Shown: positions 1 to 9,577, counted from the stretch's first letter. The stretch: 29,336 nucleotides of DNA from Aulosira sp. ZfuVER01 (GCA_034530615.2 JAVRCV020000042.1:1-29336), one strand, 5' to 3'. Numbers and translations are program-made. The notes: a model not told the origin generated them from the letters alone.

Positions 1-2
1 TT

Positions 3-456
3 TCCGATTTCCTTCCTGATTATACTCCTCCCGTAGTAACAAAAGAGGGATAATTATCAATTAGATATTATAAAGCCCATTACAGGAGATGAGTTTGTTA
101 TATCTGATTCTCCTGTTTTATGGGATGCTACAGGTGAAGGAATTTACTTTCCTATAAGTCCAAATATCTGTTTATATTATCATGATGACAAATATGATCT
201 AGACAATCGTCTGGATTCGATATGTATTAATGATTTACAATTTTTAGCATCTGTAAGACATACAATTGCTCGAACTGATTTGGTTCTGAATAAAATTAAA
301 AAGAATGAGAATAAAGAGCATATTTTACAATTTTATAGTTCTGGTAAACCTTCTTATTGGAAATGTATCTTTTGGAAATGTATCTTAGAGAGCAAGAACT
401 TTATGAAATGTGAAGCAAAATTTGAAGAGCAAATGATTGATTTTCTCAATCTATAA
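3..456 (+). pseudogene. 3' part of a DUF4238-like gene with an apparent 1-nt frameshift near 45-50 (5' end outside window)
   Basis: Frame 3 reads SDFLPDYTPPVVTKEG* (3-53). Frame 1 is open from 40 to TAA at 454-456 with no early ATG: DNYQLDIIKPITGDEFVISDSPVLWDATGEGIYFPISPNICLYY...MIDFLNL*. FVISDSPV...YFPISP..CL resembles the DUF4238 F.tSD.PV...fPlSP motif. Removing one G from GAGGGAT joins the two frames. AT-rich. Confidence 0.55.
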
Positions 457-460
457 AAGT

Positions 461-516
461 AATGTGGCTTAGGCGCTTCTAGTGACATGATTGCTTTTGC
501 GCCTTAAGCCAGCATT
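461..516. terminator. Imperfect inverted repeat between convergent genes, likely bidirectional terminator
   Basis: aatgtggcttaggcgc ... gcgccttaagccagcatt lies between stop codons at 456 (+) and 529 (-). Confidence 0.55.
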
Positions 517-528
517 GATATTTAAACC

Positions 529-2742
529 TTAATGTACTAGTTCAATTGCTCTTTTCGTCAACGCCTCCGCAGTCAAACCATTAAACGCCATCAACTCACC
601 AGCACTGGCTGTAGTTTCCCCACGCTTCCAAGCAAAAGTATCGCGCTTAGAATTACTCCGCAACATAATTGGTTCCAGCATCGCCGCCGCACCACCAGTA
701 ACAGCAATTAACGCATCGCCATCAAATAATTCAGCAAATTTCGCATCATCCAAGAAACCACCATCGGGTTCAGAACAAGTCTCCCAAGCTGTATCATCAG
801 GACGATACAAACGGCGGGGATTAATAACAGAAACTATCTTCGCACCAATACCTTCATTTTCTAAAAAGACTGCTGCTTCAAATACTGGCATTAATGTCAT
901 ATCACCAATAACAGCAAATACAACTTGCTTATCGCCAGGAACTTCATGCAATACTACTGCACCGTCGCGTAAACCTTGACGAGTTTGTTCTAAAGTGGTG
1001 CGAATTGGTAAGGGTGATTTACTTGCAGTAATGACAATTCCCTTATTTTTAGTTTTCAATGCCCAGTCATAACAAGCTTGAATACTGTTAGCATCGGGGG
1101 GGAATAATGGGAACACATTGCCATTGCGCATCAAGGAAGCAAAGTAAGCTTCAATTTCTGGACGTTGGTGAGTCCAACCGTTGCGTCCTTGCTCTAATGC
1201 ACCAGCAGTAAATAATGTAATTGTTGAGGGAGTTTGACGACGCAATTCTGCCATTGCTTGGGTGACAGTTTGCCAAATTGGTAATCCGTTGATGGCAAAA
1301 GATTCGTAGGAACACCACAAAGTTCTGGCACCCATTAATGACAAACCAGCAGCTAAACCAGCACAAGCATCTTCGCTCAATGGTTCATAAACTTGTCCGT
1401 TTGGTGCTTGGTTATATAAATCGTCGGTTGTAGGGTGAATAATCTTTAGTGCTTGGTTAATATTGGCAATTCCCGATGCTTCGTTTCCATCGGCGTTGGT
1501 GACGAGGAAATTAGGATCTTTTTTCCCGACAATTCCTACCAATCTTCCCATCGCTGTTGTCGAAACTTTGGGTTCACCACCTACTGCATATTCTTCTAAA
1601 GGTAATTCGCCTAAATCTGGTAGTGGTAATTCAAATTCTGTCACCACTGTCTTAGCAGCAGGGCCACCGCCAGCGCGTTCTGCGTTTGTCCGCACGATTT
1701 GCCAAGCCTCAGCAGATAAAGCACGTTCTTGTAAAGCGCTGACAATATGGGGTGCATCCAGCGTGTCTTTAGGATAAAGGTTGTGAGATTTTGCACCTCT
1801 GGCGTGGACTCCTGCACCTTTGAGTTGTTTAATGATGAAGACGGTAAGTTTACCACCCAAGGCAGAACGCGCTGCTTTATCTACACCTGAAAGTACAGCT
1901 TTGGTGAAGGCTAGCCGTTGCTGGAAGGAGAAGGCTGTACTATCGACATAATCGCCAGCCTGGTTTTGATCGTCAAATTCTTTAGCATCAACTAATACGA
2001 CTTCCTCAAAACCGTTACCTTGCCAGTATGCTGTCATCTGTTCGTTGGTTTTGAGAGAAACCATACTGTGATGTTCTTGGCTGTATCCATTCCAAACCAG
2101 CACTGGTAAGAAATTGGTGGTATGGGGATAAGCAGTATGGAAGTGAGCCATTGAACTCATAATATAAGGTTCACCCAGTCCACCATCACCAACAGTGAAG
2201 GGGAAAAGCTTATCTTTGTGCAGCAGCGCAGCTGACATGGCAAAGTGCTGTCCTTGTCCTAAGGGGCCAGCAGGTGCGAGAATACCAGGTATGTAACCGG
2301 AGAGATGCCCTAAGAGTCCATGCTTTTCGCGGAAGCGATCGCGCAATTGTTGGACGGTAAAAATGCCCATATCCTCTAAAGAGCGATCGAGGAACATAGC
2401 ACTATAAAATCCCGGGGCGTGATGACCCACTTCCGTAATAATGTTTTTGTACCCTAACATGACCAGAGCCGCATAAGCTTCCGCTTGGCTAGCAAATCCA
2501 CCAGGGTGTCCAGAAGCTTTACTACCTGTGATTTGTAGCGTCAGGTAACGTAGAGCATCGGCAGCAAGTAAAGTTTGATAGACAGCTACTGAATCGGTAG
2601 GATCTGCGATCGCTACTTTGCCTGATTCTATAGCAGGAGTTGCACCATGAGTTTCAAAATCAGGTAGCGCTTGACCAAAATATTGAATTCCTTCACAAAA
2701 ATTAGGAAGCGCCGAAGATGCCTTGGAGGTGATTGCTGTCAT
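529..2742 (-). CDS. xfp: Phosphoketolase/transketolase-like ThDP-dependent enzyme (cyanobacterial ~735-aa type)
   Basis: 737 aa; SGHPGG, EVGHHAPG, LGHLSG, ThDP motif GDGGLGE...VWNG, EPLSEDACAG, SYESF, EQGRNGWTHQRP (phosphoketolase NG.tHQ.P). Confidence 0.8.
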   Translation of the reverse strand: MTAITSKASSALPNFCEGIQYFGQALPDFETHGATPAIESGKVAIADPTDSVAVYQTLLAADALRYLTLQITGSKASGHPGGFASQAEAYAALVMLGYKNIITEVGHHAPGFYSAMFLDRSLEDMGIFTVQQLRDRFREKHGLLGHLSGYIPGILAPAGPLGQGQHFAMSAALLHKDKLFPFTVGDGGLGEPYIMSSMAHFHTAYPHTTNFLPVLVWNGYSQEHHSMVSLKTNEQMTAYWQGNGFEEVVLVDAKEFDDQNQAGDYVDSTAFSFQQRLAFTKAVLSGVDKAARSALGGKLTVFIIKQLKGAGVHARGAKSHNLYPKDTLDAPHIVSALQERALSAEAWQIVRTNAERAGGGPAAKTVVTEFELPLPDLGELPLEEYAVGGEPKVSTTAMGRLVGIVGKKDPNFLVTNADGNEASGIANINQALKIIHPTTDDLYNQAPNGQVYEPLSEDACAGLAAGLSLMGARTLWCSYESFAINGLPIWQTVTQAMAELRRQTPSTITLFTAGALEQGRNGWTHQRPEIEAYFASLMRNGNVFPLFPPDANSIQACYDWALKTKNKGIVITASKSPLPIRTTLEQTRQGLRDGAVVLHEVPGDKQVVFAVIGDMTLMPVFEAAVFLENEGIGAKIVSVINPRRLYRPDDTAWETCSEPDGGFLDDAKFAELFDGDALIAVTGGAAAMLEPIMLRSNSKRDTFAWKRGETTASAGELMAFNGLTAEALTKRAIELVH

Positions 2743-2940
2743 GCTGAATACCTTAAAAGTATGAGGAGAAACTATAGATGCTCGTCCAAATTAACAAAAA
2801 TTTTACAACCATCAGGTTGTAACAGTTTATTGCAGTTTCGTAACCTGAAGATAAAAAGCTTCAATAGTAATTGAGGAAAAATTTAATGTTGTTCTGTGAG
2901 CTTCATTGGCAAAAAAGAATTAACCCAATAAATTAAGCCT

Positions 2941-4311
2941 ATGAAATTGCCCAATGGCCCCCAGTCCCCAGCGCTTGTCCAGATGCTTCAGTGGATTTTT
3001 AGACCAATGCCGTTTATGGAAGATTGTGCCAAGCGCTATGGCGATATCTTCACCATGCAATTAAATCCACCTATTGTCTTTGTCAGCAATCCCCAAGCGC
3101 TACAGCAAATTTTGACCAGCGATACCAAAGAATTTGAAGCGCCTAATGACTGGAACACCGTATTTGAACCGATGCTAGGGAAGAATTCTGTAATTACAGT
3201 CAGTGGTGAGGTACATCGCCGTCAACGCCAATTATTAATGCCGCCATTTCACGGTGATAGAATGCGCACCTACGGTGAGGTGATTAACAAGGTCACAGAA
3301 GAAGTAATTAGTCAATGGCAGATAGACAAACCCTTCTGTGTCCGGTCAGCTATGCAAATCATTACCATGCGGGTAATTATGCAAGCTGTATTTGGATTAT
3401 ACGAAGGGTCCCGCGCCCAAGAATTAGAGGAACTTTTAGCAGCAATGCTAAATGAAACCTCCCCCCTACGGGTAGTCGAACTTTATTTTCCTGCTTTACG
3501 AAAAGATTTTGGCCCCCGCAGTTCTTGGGGAAGATTCCTGCGCCGCAAAGAGCGAGTTCACCAACTCCTCAACGAGGAGATTCAAGAACGTCGAGACAAT
3601 CCCGACTCATCGCGCACAGATATCCTCAGCTTACTCATGGCGGCGCGTGATGAAGCAGGTGAAGGAATGACTGATGAAGAATTGCGTGATGAATTAATGA
3701 CCCTGTTAACAGCAGGACATGAAACCACGGCCACAGCCCTCACTTGGGCATTGTACTGGATTCATAAATCACCCTCAGTACAGCAAAAGCTACTACAAGA
3801 ACTAGATAGCTTGGGTGAGAACCCAGACCCCAGCAGCGTTTTTAAATCACCCTATCTAAACGCTGTGTACTGTGAAGCCTTGCGGATTTATCCAGTCGGG
3901 ATGCTGACTTTCCCACGTGTAGTAAAAACGCCTGTATCTTTGTGCGGTCATGAACTCCAACCAGGTACAGTCGTACTTGGTTCCATCTATCTCACCCACC
4001 AACGAGAAGATTTATACCCACAACATCAGCAATTTAAACCAGAACGCTTTTTAGAACGCCAATTTTCACCCTATGAGTTTTTGCCCTTCGGCGGTGGTGC
4101 TAGACGCTGTATTGGTATGGCATTTGCTCAATTTGAAATGAAAGTGGTACTAGCTAAAATCCTTTCTAGTTGGGAATTAGCGTTAGTTGGCGATCGCGAT
4201 GTGCGACCAAAACGCCGTGGGTTGGTGACAGGGCCAAACCGTAGTATTCAAATGGTTGTCAAAAATCAACATCAGATGCCTTCTCGCACTCTAGAATCTA
4301 GTTCTCTTTAA
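2941..4311 (+). CDS. Cytochrome P450, CYP110-like
   Basis: 456 aa; I-helix AGHETTA, K-helix EALR, PERF, heme motif FGGGARRCIG; N-terminus MKLPNGP typical of Nostocales CYP110. Confidence 0.93.
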   Translation: MKLPNGPQSPALVQMLQWIFRPMPFMEDCAKRYGDIFTMQLNPPIVFVSNPQALQQILTSDTKEFEAPNDWNTVFEPMLGKNSVITVSGEVHRRQRQLLMPPFHGDRMRTYGEVINKVTEEVISQWQIDKPFCVRSAMQIITMRVIMQAVFGLYEGSRAQELEELLAAMLNETSPLRVVELYFPALRKDFGPRSSWGRFLRRKERVHQLLNEEIQERRDNPDSSRTDILSLLMAARDEAGEGMTDEELRDELMTLLTAGHETTATALTWALYWIHKSPSVQQKLLQELDSLGENPDPSSVFKSPYLNAVYCEALRIYPVGMLTFPRVVKTPVSLCGHELQPGTVVLGSIYLTHQREDLYPQHQQFKPERFLERQFSPYEFLPFGGGARRCIGMAFAQFEMKVVLAKILSSWELALVGDRDVRPKRRGLVTGPNRSIQMVVKNQHQMPSRTLESSSL

Positions 4312-4317
4312 TTCTTT

Positions 4318-4358
4318 ATAGGGTTGATAATTACTAAAAGTATTTGTCAACCCTTATC
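4318..4358 (+). terminator. Hairpin after the P450 gene
   Basis: agggttgataa ... ttgtcaaccct directly after the stop at 4311. Confidence 0.6.
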
Positions 4359-4601
4359 TATATATTTTGATAGATTTTTAAGCTTTAGATATTGTTCACA
4401 ATAGAGATAAAAAATTATAATTTATTGGCATTTAGTGTATATATCAAAATGAATAAAAAATTGTATGTTAATTGACTTTTGCTCAGACCTTTGAATTTAT
4501 AATTAAATCTTCCAGGTTGTATATATCTTAGTACAGATACACTCCTGAGCCTCTAAAGATTAAATTGAGTAGGTAAGAGGATAGTAGGAGTATAAACACT
4601 C

Positions 4602-5363
4602 ATGCCAGATAAACAAAGGTTGGAGGAGCATATACTAGCACAGGTGGCAGAAAACACCCTATCCAACCAACTGGATGAAGTAGAACAAATAGATGTAGAT
4701 GTGCACACTGACTTGTTAAAAGTAGCTCAGGGACAAGTAGAAGAGATTACTCTGAGTGGTCAAGGTTTGGTGCTGCAAAAAGATATCCGAGTACAGGAAA
4801 TAAAAGTCAAAACAGATAGCATTGCCATCAATCCTTTAAGTGCTATTTTTGGTCAAATTGAACTGAATGAGCCAGTAAATGTTATGGCTCGCATTGTTAT
4901 GACCGAGGCAGATATTAATCATGCTTTGTCATCCAATTTAATTCAAAGCTATGCTCAAAACTGGAAATTAAATGTAGATGGCGAAATTGTAAGTTTTACG
5001 CTGCAACATATCCAAATATATCTACCTGCTAACGATAAAATAGAATTTAGCGGCAAAGTTTTGATAGAAGAAAAGGGAAACAACCGCCTTTTAGGTTTTG
5101 ATGCCAGAGTGAATCCACCTATTCATCCGCAACCATTAATATTAGAAAGTTTCAACTGTACACAAGGAGAGGGGCTTTCTATTCCTTTAGTTGCAGCTTT
5201 AATGCAAAAGATTAAAGAATTACTGAATTTACCATATTTTGCATGGGAAAATATGGTAATAAACATTAAAGATATCAAGGTAACAAAAGGCAATCTTATC
5301 CTTTTGATAAAAGCCAAGATGAAGCAAATTCCATCAATGGAAAATATGGCTGTGAATCAGTAA
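4602..5363 (+). CDS. DUF2993 / LmeA-family phospholipid-binding protein
   Basis: 253 aa; AGGAG SD upstream; pattern VDVHTDLLKVAQGQV...TDSIAINPLSAIFGQIELNEPV...MTEADINHAL matches cyanobacterial DUF2993 proteins. Confidence 0.75.
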   Translation: MPDKQRLEEHILAQVAENTLSNQLDEVEQIDVDVHTDLLKVAQGQVEEITLSGQGLVLQKDIRVQEIKVKTDSIAINPLSAIFGQIELNEPVNVMARIVMTEADINHALSSNLIQSYAQNWKLNVDGEIVSFTLQHIQIYLPANDKIEFSGKVLIEEKGNNRLLGFDARVNPPIHPQPLILESFNCTQGEGLSIPLVAALMQKIKELLNLPYFAWENMVINIKDIKVTKGNLILLIKAKMKQIPSMENMAVNQ

Positions 5364-5441
5364 AATCACAGCTACTAAACAAAAGTAAATTACTTTGATT
5401 CTTTGTAATCTTAACAAGCAAATCCATTTCTATTTACGAAT

Positions 5442-7136
5442 ATGCAAGAGTACGATGTTGTAATTATTGGCGCAGGGCATAACGGTCTAGTTTGTGCTGC
5501 TTATTTGCTGAAGGCTGGCTATAGTGTCCTGCTATTAGAAAAACGTTCTGTTCCCGGTGGCGCAGCGACAACTGAAGAATGTTTACCACAAGAAGCTCCT
5601 GGATTTAAATTTAATTTGTGTGCCATTGACCATGAATTTATTCATCTAGGGCCAGTTGTTGAAGAATTAGAACTAGAAAAATACGGCTTAGAATATCTAG
5701 AGTGCGATCCAGTAGTTTTCTGTCCTCATCCTGATGGAAAGTATTTTTTAGCGCACAAATCCTTAGAAAAAACTTGTGCAGAAATTGCTCGTTATAATGA
5801 ACGCGATGCTAAAAAATATGCAGAATTTGTAGACTACTGGCAGCGGGCAATAGGTGCAATGATTCCTATGTTTAATGCACCACCAAAATCAATTATAGAT
5901 ATCGTCGGTAATTACGACATCACAAAGCTCAAAGATTTATTTTCTGTTATTGGTTCCCCCAATAAAACGCTGGACTTTATTCGTACTATGTTAACCAGCG
6001 CCGAGGATTTACTTAATGAGTGGTTTGATGAAGAGTTTCTTAAAGCACCCCTAGCAAGACTAGCATCAGAACTTGGTGCCCCACCATCACAAAAAACTCT
6101 TGCCATTGGTGCAATTATGATGGCAATGCGTCACAATCCTGGTATGGCGAGACCTCGCGGTGGAACTGGCGCACTTGTGAAAGCATTGGTGAATTTAGTC
6201 ACGAGTAAAGGTGGCGTTATTCTCACAGATCAACACGTAGAAAAAGTGTTAATTGATGATAACAAAGCAGTCGGGGTAAGGGTTGCTGGCGGGAAAGAAT
6301 ATCGCGCTAAATACGGCGTTATTTCTAACATCGATGCTAAGCGGTTATTCTTACAAATGACTGATAAAAGCGATATTGATGCAGCCGATCCAGATTTGTG
6401 GGAAAGATTAGAACGCCGCATCGTTAATAATAACGAAACTATTCTCAAAATAGATTTGGCATTAAACGAACCATTGCGCTTTCCCCATCACGCACACAAA
6501 GATGAATATCTAATTGGATCTATTTTGATTGCTGATTCTGTAGCTCACGTTGAACAAGCTCATAGTAAATGTACCTTAGGAGAAATTCCTGATTCTGATC
6601 CATCAATGTATGTGGTAATGCCAAGTGCTTTAGACCCAACTTTAGCACCACCAGGCAAACACACTGTATGGATTGAGTTTTTTGCACCCTATCAAATTGC
6701 AGGCGCAGAAGGTACAGGTTTAAAAGGTACTGGTTGGACAGATGAATTAAAAAATCAGGTTGCAGATAGGGTTGTTGATAAGTTAGCAACCTATGCACCT
6801 AATGTAAAAGATGCAACAATTGCCCGTCGTGTAGAAAGTCCTGCGGAACTAGGAGAAAGATTAGGTGCTTACAAAGGAAATTATTATCACGTTGATATGA
6901 CACTAGATCAGATGGTATTTTTCCGCCCCTTGCCAGAAATAGCGAACTACAAAACCCCAATTGATAATCTATTTTTGACTGGTGCGGGAACACATCCAGG
7001 TGGTTCGATATCTGGTATGCCGGGACGTAACTGTGCGCGGGTGTTTTTACAGACAAAACATCCCATTGCCCAAACTTTAAAGGATGCCAGAGATTCGATT
7101 AAGTCTACTGTTGGCTCAGTATTTGGAATTCTGTAG
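5442..7136 (+). CDS. crtO: Beta-carotene ketolase CrtO (CrtI-like FAD oxidoreductase)
   Basis: 564 aa; GAGHNGL FAD motif, FNLCAIDHEFIHLGPV, C-terminal GAGTHPGGSISGMPGRNCA characteristic of cyanobacterial CrtO. Confidence 0.9.
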   Translation: MQEYDVVIIGAGHNGLVCAAYLLKAGYSVLLLEKRSVPGGAATTEECLPQEAPGFKFNLCAIDHEFIHLGPVVEELELEKYGLEYLECDPVVFCPHPDGKYFLAHKSLEKTCAEIARYNERDAKKYAEFVDYWQRAIGAMIPMFNAPPKSIIDIVGNYDITKLKDLFSVIGSPNKTLDFIRTMLTSAEDLLNEWFDEEFLKAPLARLASELGAPPSQKTLAIGAIMMAMRHNPGMARPRGGTGALVKALVNLVTSKGGVILTDQHVEKVLIDDNKAVGVRVAGGKEYRAKYGVISNIDAKRLFLQMTDKSDIDAADPDLWERLERRIVNNNETILKIDLALNEPLRFPHHAHKDEYLIGSILIADSVAHVEQAHSKCTLGEIPDSDPSMYVVMPSALDPTLAPPGKHTVWIEFFAPYQIAGAEGTGLKGTGWTDELKNQVADRVVDKLATYAPNVKDATIARRVESPAELGERLGAYKGNYYHVDMTLDQMVFFRPLPEIANYKTPIDNLFLTGAGTHPGGSISGMPGRNCARVFLQTKHPIAQTLKDARDSIKSTVGSVFGIL

Positions 7137-7147
7137 TTTTTACCTAA

Positions 7148-7188
7148 AAACGCAAAGGTATGAAGGAAGATTTTGTATCTTTGCGTTT
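7148..7188 (+). terminator. Hairpin after crtO
   Basis: aaacgcaaaggta ... tatctttgcgttt. Confidence 0.6.
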
Positions 7189-7440
7189 CTACAGTAGATT
7201 GATTATTAAGCCGTAGCTAAAATATTTGCAGGGGTTGGTAACTTACCATCATTTAAAATTCGGGCTGTTGAAGAAGCAGCGATCGCAGGTAAAATTGGTA
7301 TTATTTGTAAGTTATATTAGCTGGCAAGTGTTTGTTGGTAATGAAAAATTTACCTGAATGCAGAAGTTAGCGATCGCTGTTTCCAGCATAGGCGGAACTA
7401 CAATCTACGCTGAAATTAATCCAAATTATGAATTCGCTTA

Positions 7441-7617
7441 TCATTGCGAGCGAAGCGTTCTCGTTCGGCGTTGCACTCGTGGCGGACATATCACAAGTAA
7501 TTTGCCGGACATGATATGACATGGTATCAATTTCGAGATAGCTGGGATAGCGGATACAAACAAACCACAGAGAAATACAGATAAATATCTGTGTTTCTCT
7601 ATGTTCATCTGTGGTTT
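7441..7617. repeat. Cluster of Nostoc-type small dispersed/palindromic repeats
   Basis: tcattgcgagcgaagcg (7441), catatca...cggacatgatatg (7487-7518) and nested inverted repeat aaaccacagagaaatacagata-aa-tatctgtgtttctct...tctgtggttt (7562-7617). Confidence 0.6.
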
Positions 7618-7661
7618 CATACCATCAACATCGATTTTTCTAACCTGTTGATAACTTTACC

Positions 7662-7970
7662 TTAGCTCTTTTTAATATCACGAGCCATGTTGAGGTAATA
7701 GTCCATTTTGGCATTAGAACGGCGGCGTTTGGTGGCAGTATTTTCAGTAGTAATATCCGGCTTGGATTCTATTTTCTGTTGAGTTTCAACCCGCTTTGTA
7801 CTTTGTGCCTGATCTGATTCTAAGAAATACCCCGATTCAGTCAATCCAAAGAGATTGGCAAAAAAACCAAAGAAATTTTTGAAAAAGTTAGCAATATTTC
7901 TCAATATAACAGAAACAAAACCTTCAATGCGAAGGTACAAGTTCCGAATAATCTGAGTTAGACGAAACAT
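7662..7970 (-). CDS. Small hypothetical protein with amphipathic N-terminus and basic C-terminus
   Basis: 102 aa ORF; FFKNFFGFFANLFGL amphipathic stretch, GYFLESDQAQ, KRRRSNAKMDYYLNMAR; resembles a conserved Nostocales family. Confidence 0.7.
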   Translation of the reverse strand: MFRLTQIIRNLYLRIEGFVSVILRNIANFFKNFFGFFANLFGLTESGYFLESDQAQSTKRVETQQKIESKPDITTENTATKRRRSNAKMDYYLNMARDIKKS

Positions 7971-8162
7971 AGCAGCACCCTACCTAATTGATTGCTGATT
8001 ACTATTATGAACTATTGTCATTGCTCAAAGTCTCTGCCAGCAGATGGTTTTTCTGAAAACGTCAGAATTCGTCAGAAGGTTCTGTACCATTTAGGAGATG
8101 AATTTTTTTGTTGTACAACTTATGTATATTCAGTCTGGGGAGTGTGAAATGAGAAGAAACTC

Positions 8163-8600
8163 ATGAATAAACTGCCGAAAATCGACCGTCAACGAGAGCA
8201 TCAAGCAAATGAACGGACTTTTTTAGCTTGGCTACGTACTTCTATTGCATTAATTGGCTTTGGTTTTGCGATCGCTAGATTTGGTCTATTTTTGCGTCAG
8301 CTTAATACTGCCTTAACACAACAGGACACTCCTGTAAACCCATTATTCAATTCGGAAAATTTAGGAATTGTTTTAGTAATTACGGGGATTTTGACCATCG
8401 CTTTAGCAGCTTGGCGATATAACCAGGTTTTCTGGCAAATTGAACGAGGAGACTATCAACCTAATCGGTTATCAGTTTGGATACTTACAGGAGTAGTTAT
8501 GATTTTAGGATTCCTCAGTATTCCTTTACTCCTGTTGCGAAATCACGTTCCTTCCCGACCATATTCTGTTCCCACTCAACCATTTTCTCTGAAAAAGTAA
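8163..8600 (+). CDS. YidH / DUF202 membrane protein
   Basis: REHQANERTFLAWLRTSIALIGFGFAIARF signature and three hydrophobic segments. Confidence 0.9.
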   Translation: MNKLPKIDRQREHQANERTFLAWLRTSIALIGFGFAIARFGLFLRQLNTALTQQDTPVNPLFNSENLGIVLVITGILTIALAAWRYNQVFWQIERGDYQPNRLSVWILTGVVMILGFLSIPLLLLRNHVPSRPYSVPTQPFSLKK

Positions 8601-8609
8601 ACAGAATAC

Positions 8610-9125
8610 TTAATTTTCTAGAATCTCAGCTTTCTCCACTGAGTCATCATTAACTCCCAACGTCAATTCTAAAGGTGTGCGCGATGGATACGCCTTTACT
8701 ACCTGCCGGTAAACATCGTAGTTAGTGGGTAATGTCTTCTTTTGGGAAACCACACTGTATGTAATTTTGTACTCTACAGTTTTCAATAATTCCGGTTGAC
8801 TTACCTCTTGTTCTCGTTTTTTGCGCTGTTCAACTTCATCAACTGAAGGACGCGGTGGTAGCGCAGGCCACCATAAACCGCGATCGTCAGGGCCAGTAAC
8901 TGCACCTTCTGGTTTTAAGCCATTGCGATTGAGTAAGGATGTAGTCGCAAAGGTTTCAAATTGCGGTGATGGTTCATTGCTGAGGTTGCGAATATATTTA
9001 ATCTGCCATGTATAAGTGGTAAGTGCTGTTGCTTCGTATTGACTAGTGGTTACATTGCTGCAACTGCTAAGTGTCAGCGCAGTTAGGACAACCATAGTCA
9101 GAGGCGAAAAGATGGGCTTTTTCAT
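8610..9125 (-). CDS. Hypothetical lipoprotein (start reassigned to ATG at 9125)
   Basis: MKKPIFSPLTMVVLTALTLSSC is a signal peptide with lipobox LSSC; the 16 extra codons in the ORF track are unlikely to be coding. Confidence 0.75.
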   Translation of the reverse strand: MKKPIFSPLTMVVLTALTLSSCSNVTTSQYEATALTTYTWQIKYIRNLSNEPSPQFETFATTSLLNRNGLKPEGAVTGPDDRGLWWPALPPRPSVDEVEQRKKREQEVSQPELLKTVEYKITYSVVSQKKTLPTNYDVYRQVVKAYPSRTPLELTLGVNDDSVEKAEILEN

Positions 9126-9257
9126 TACCGTTCTGGAATTTGCTTCCTGTCTACACACCTTACAACAATCCAATTCATTGTTTGGGCACTGGCTTGCTTT
9201 CTCATAAGCCAGCCTTATTAATACTATCTACAATTATTTGTCAAGTCAGGTTGACTT

Positions 9258-9299
9258 TTTGTAACAATCTTGTTAAATTTGTTTACATAAAGTAACAAA
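9258..9299 (+). promoter_or_regulatory. Promoter of psb34 with HLR1-like (RpaB) direct repeats
   Basis: GTTAAATT-tg-TTTACATA-aa-GTAACAAA at 10-bp period (9272-9299), overlapping an extended -10 TGtTAAATT. Confidence 0.6.
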
Positions 9300-9316
9300 C
9301 ACAGGAAAACAATTAT

Positions 9317-9487
9317 ATGTATACCACCATTAACGAAGACGGCGTTCTCAACAACTACGCAACCGAACCCCAAATGTATTACGCTGAATACCCAGCAATT
9401 TGGGAGCAACGCAAATATGTTTTACAAGCAGCTTTCGCTACTTTAATTGTCACAACTTTAGTTTTAGTTGGTTTGAGCGTTAGCTAA
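9317..9487 (+). CDS. psb34: Photosystem II assembly factor Psb34 (Ssl1498 family), 56 aa, not in ORF track
   Basis: MYTTINEDGVLNNYATEPQMYYAEYPAIWEQRKYVLQAAFATLIVTTLVLVGLSVS*; G.LNNYA.EP.mY.A.YP...QR.Y plus a single C-terminal TM helix; AGGA SD; terminator follows. Confidence 0.9.
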   Translation: MYTTINEDGVLNNYATEPQMYYAEYPAIWEQRKYVLQAAFATLIVTTLVLVGLSVS

Positions 9488-9539
9488 GATTTTTTAACTC
9501 GGTATCTGTATCTCATCGTTATTTGGACTTCTCCCATCA

Positions 9540-9570
9540 GCCTCGGTTAGTTTCGCCGGGGTTTTTTGTT
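9540..9570 (+). terminator. Intrinsic terminator of psb34
   Basis: gcctcggt-tagtttc-gccggggt followed by ttttt. Confidence 0.75.
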
Positions 9571-9577
9571 GCTAACC

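Noticed and set aside
9224..9409. 61-aa minus-strand ORF
   Set aside because: Antisense to psb34 and its promoter
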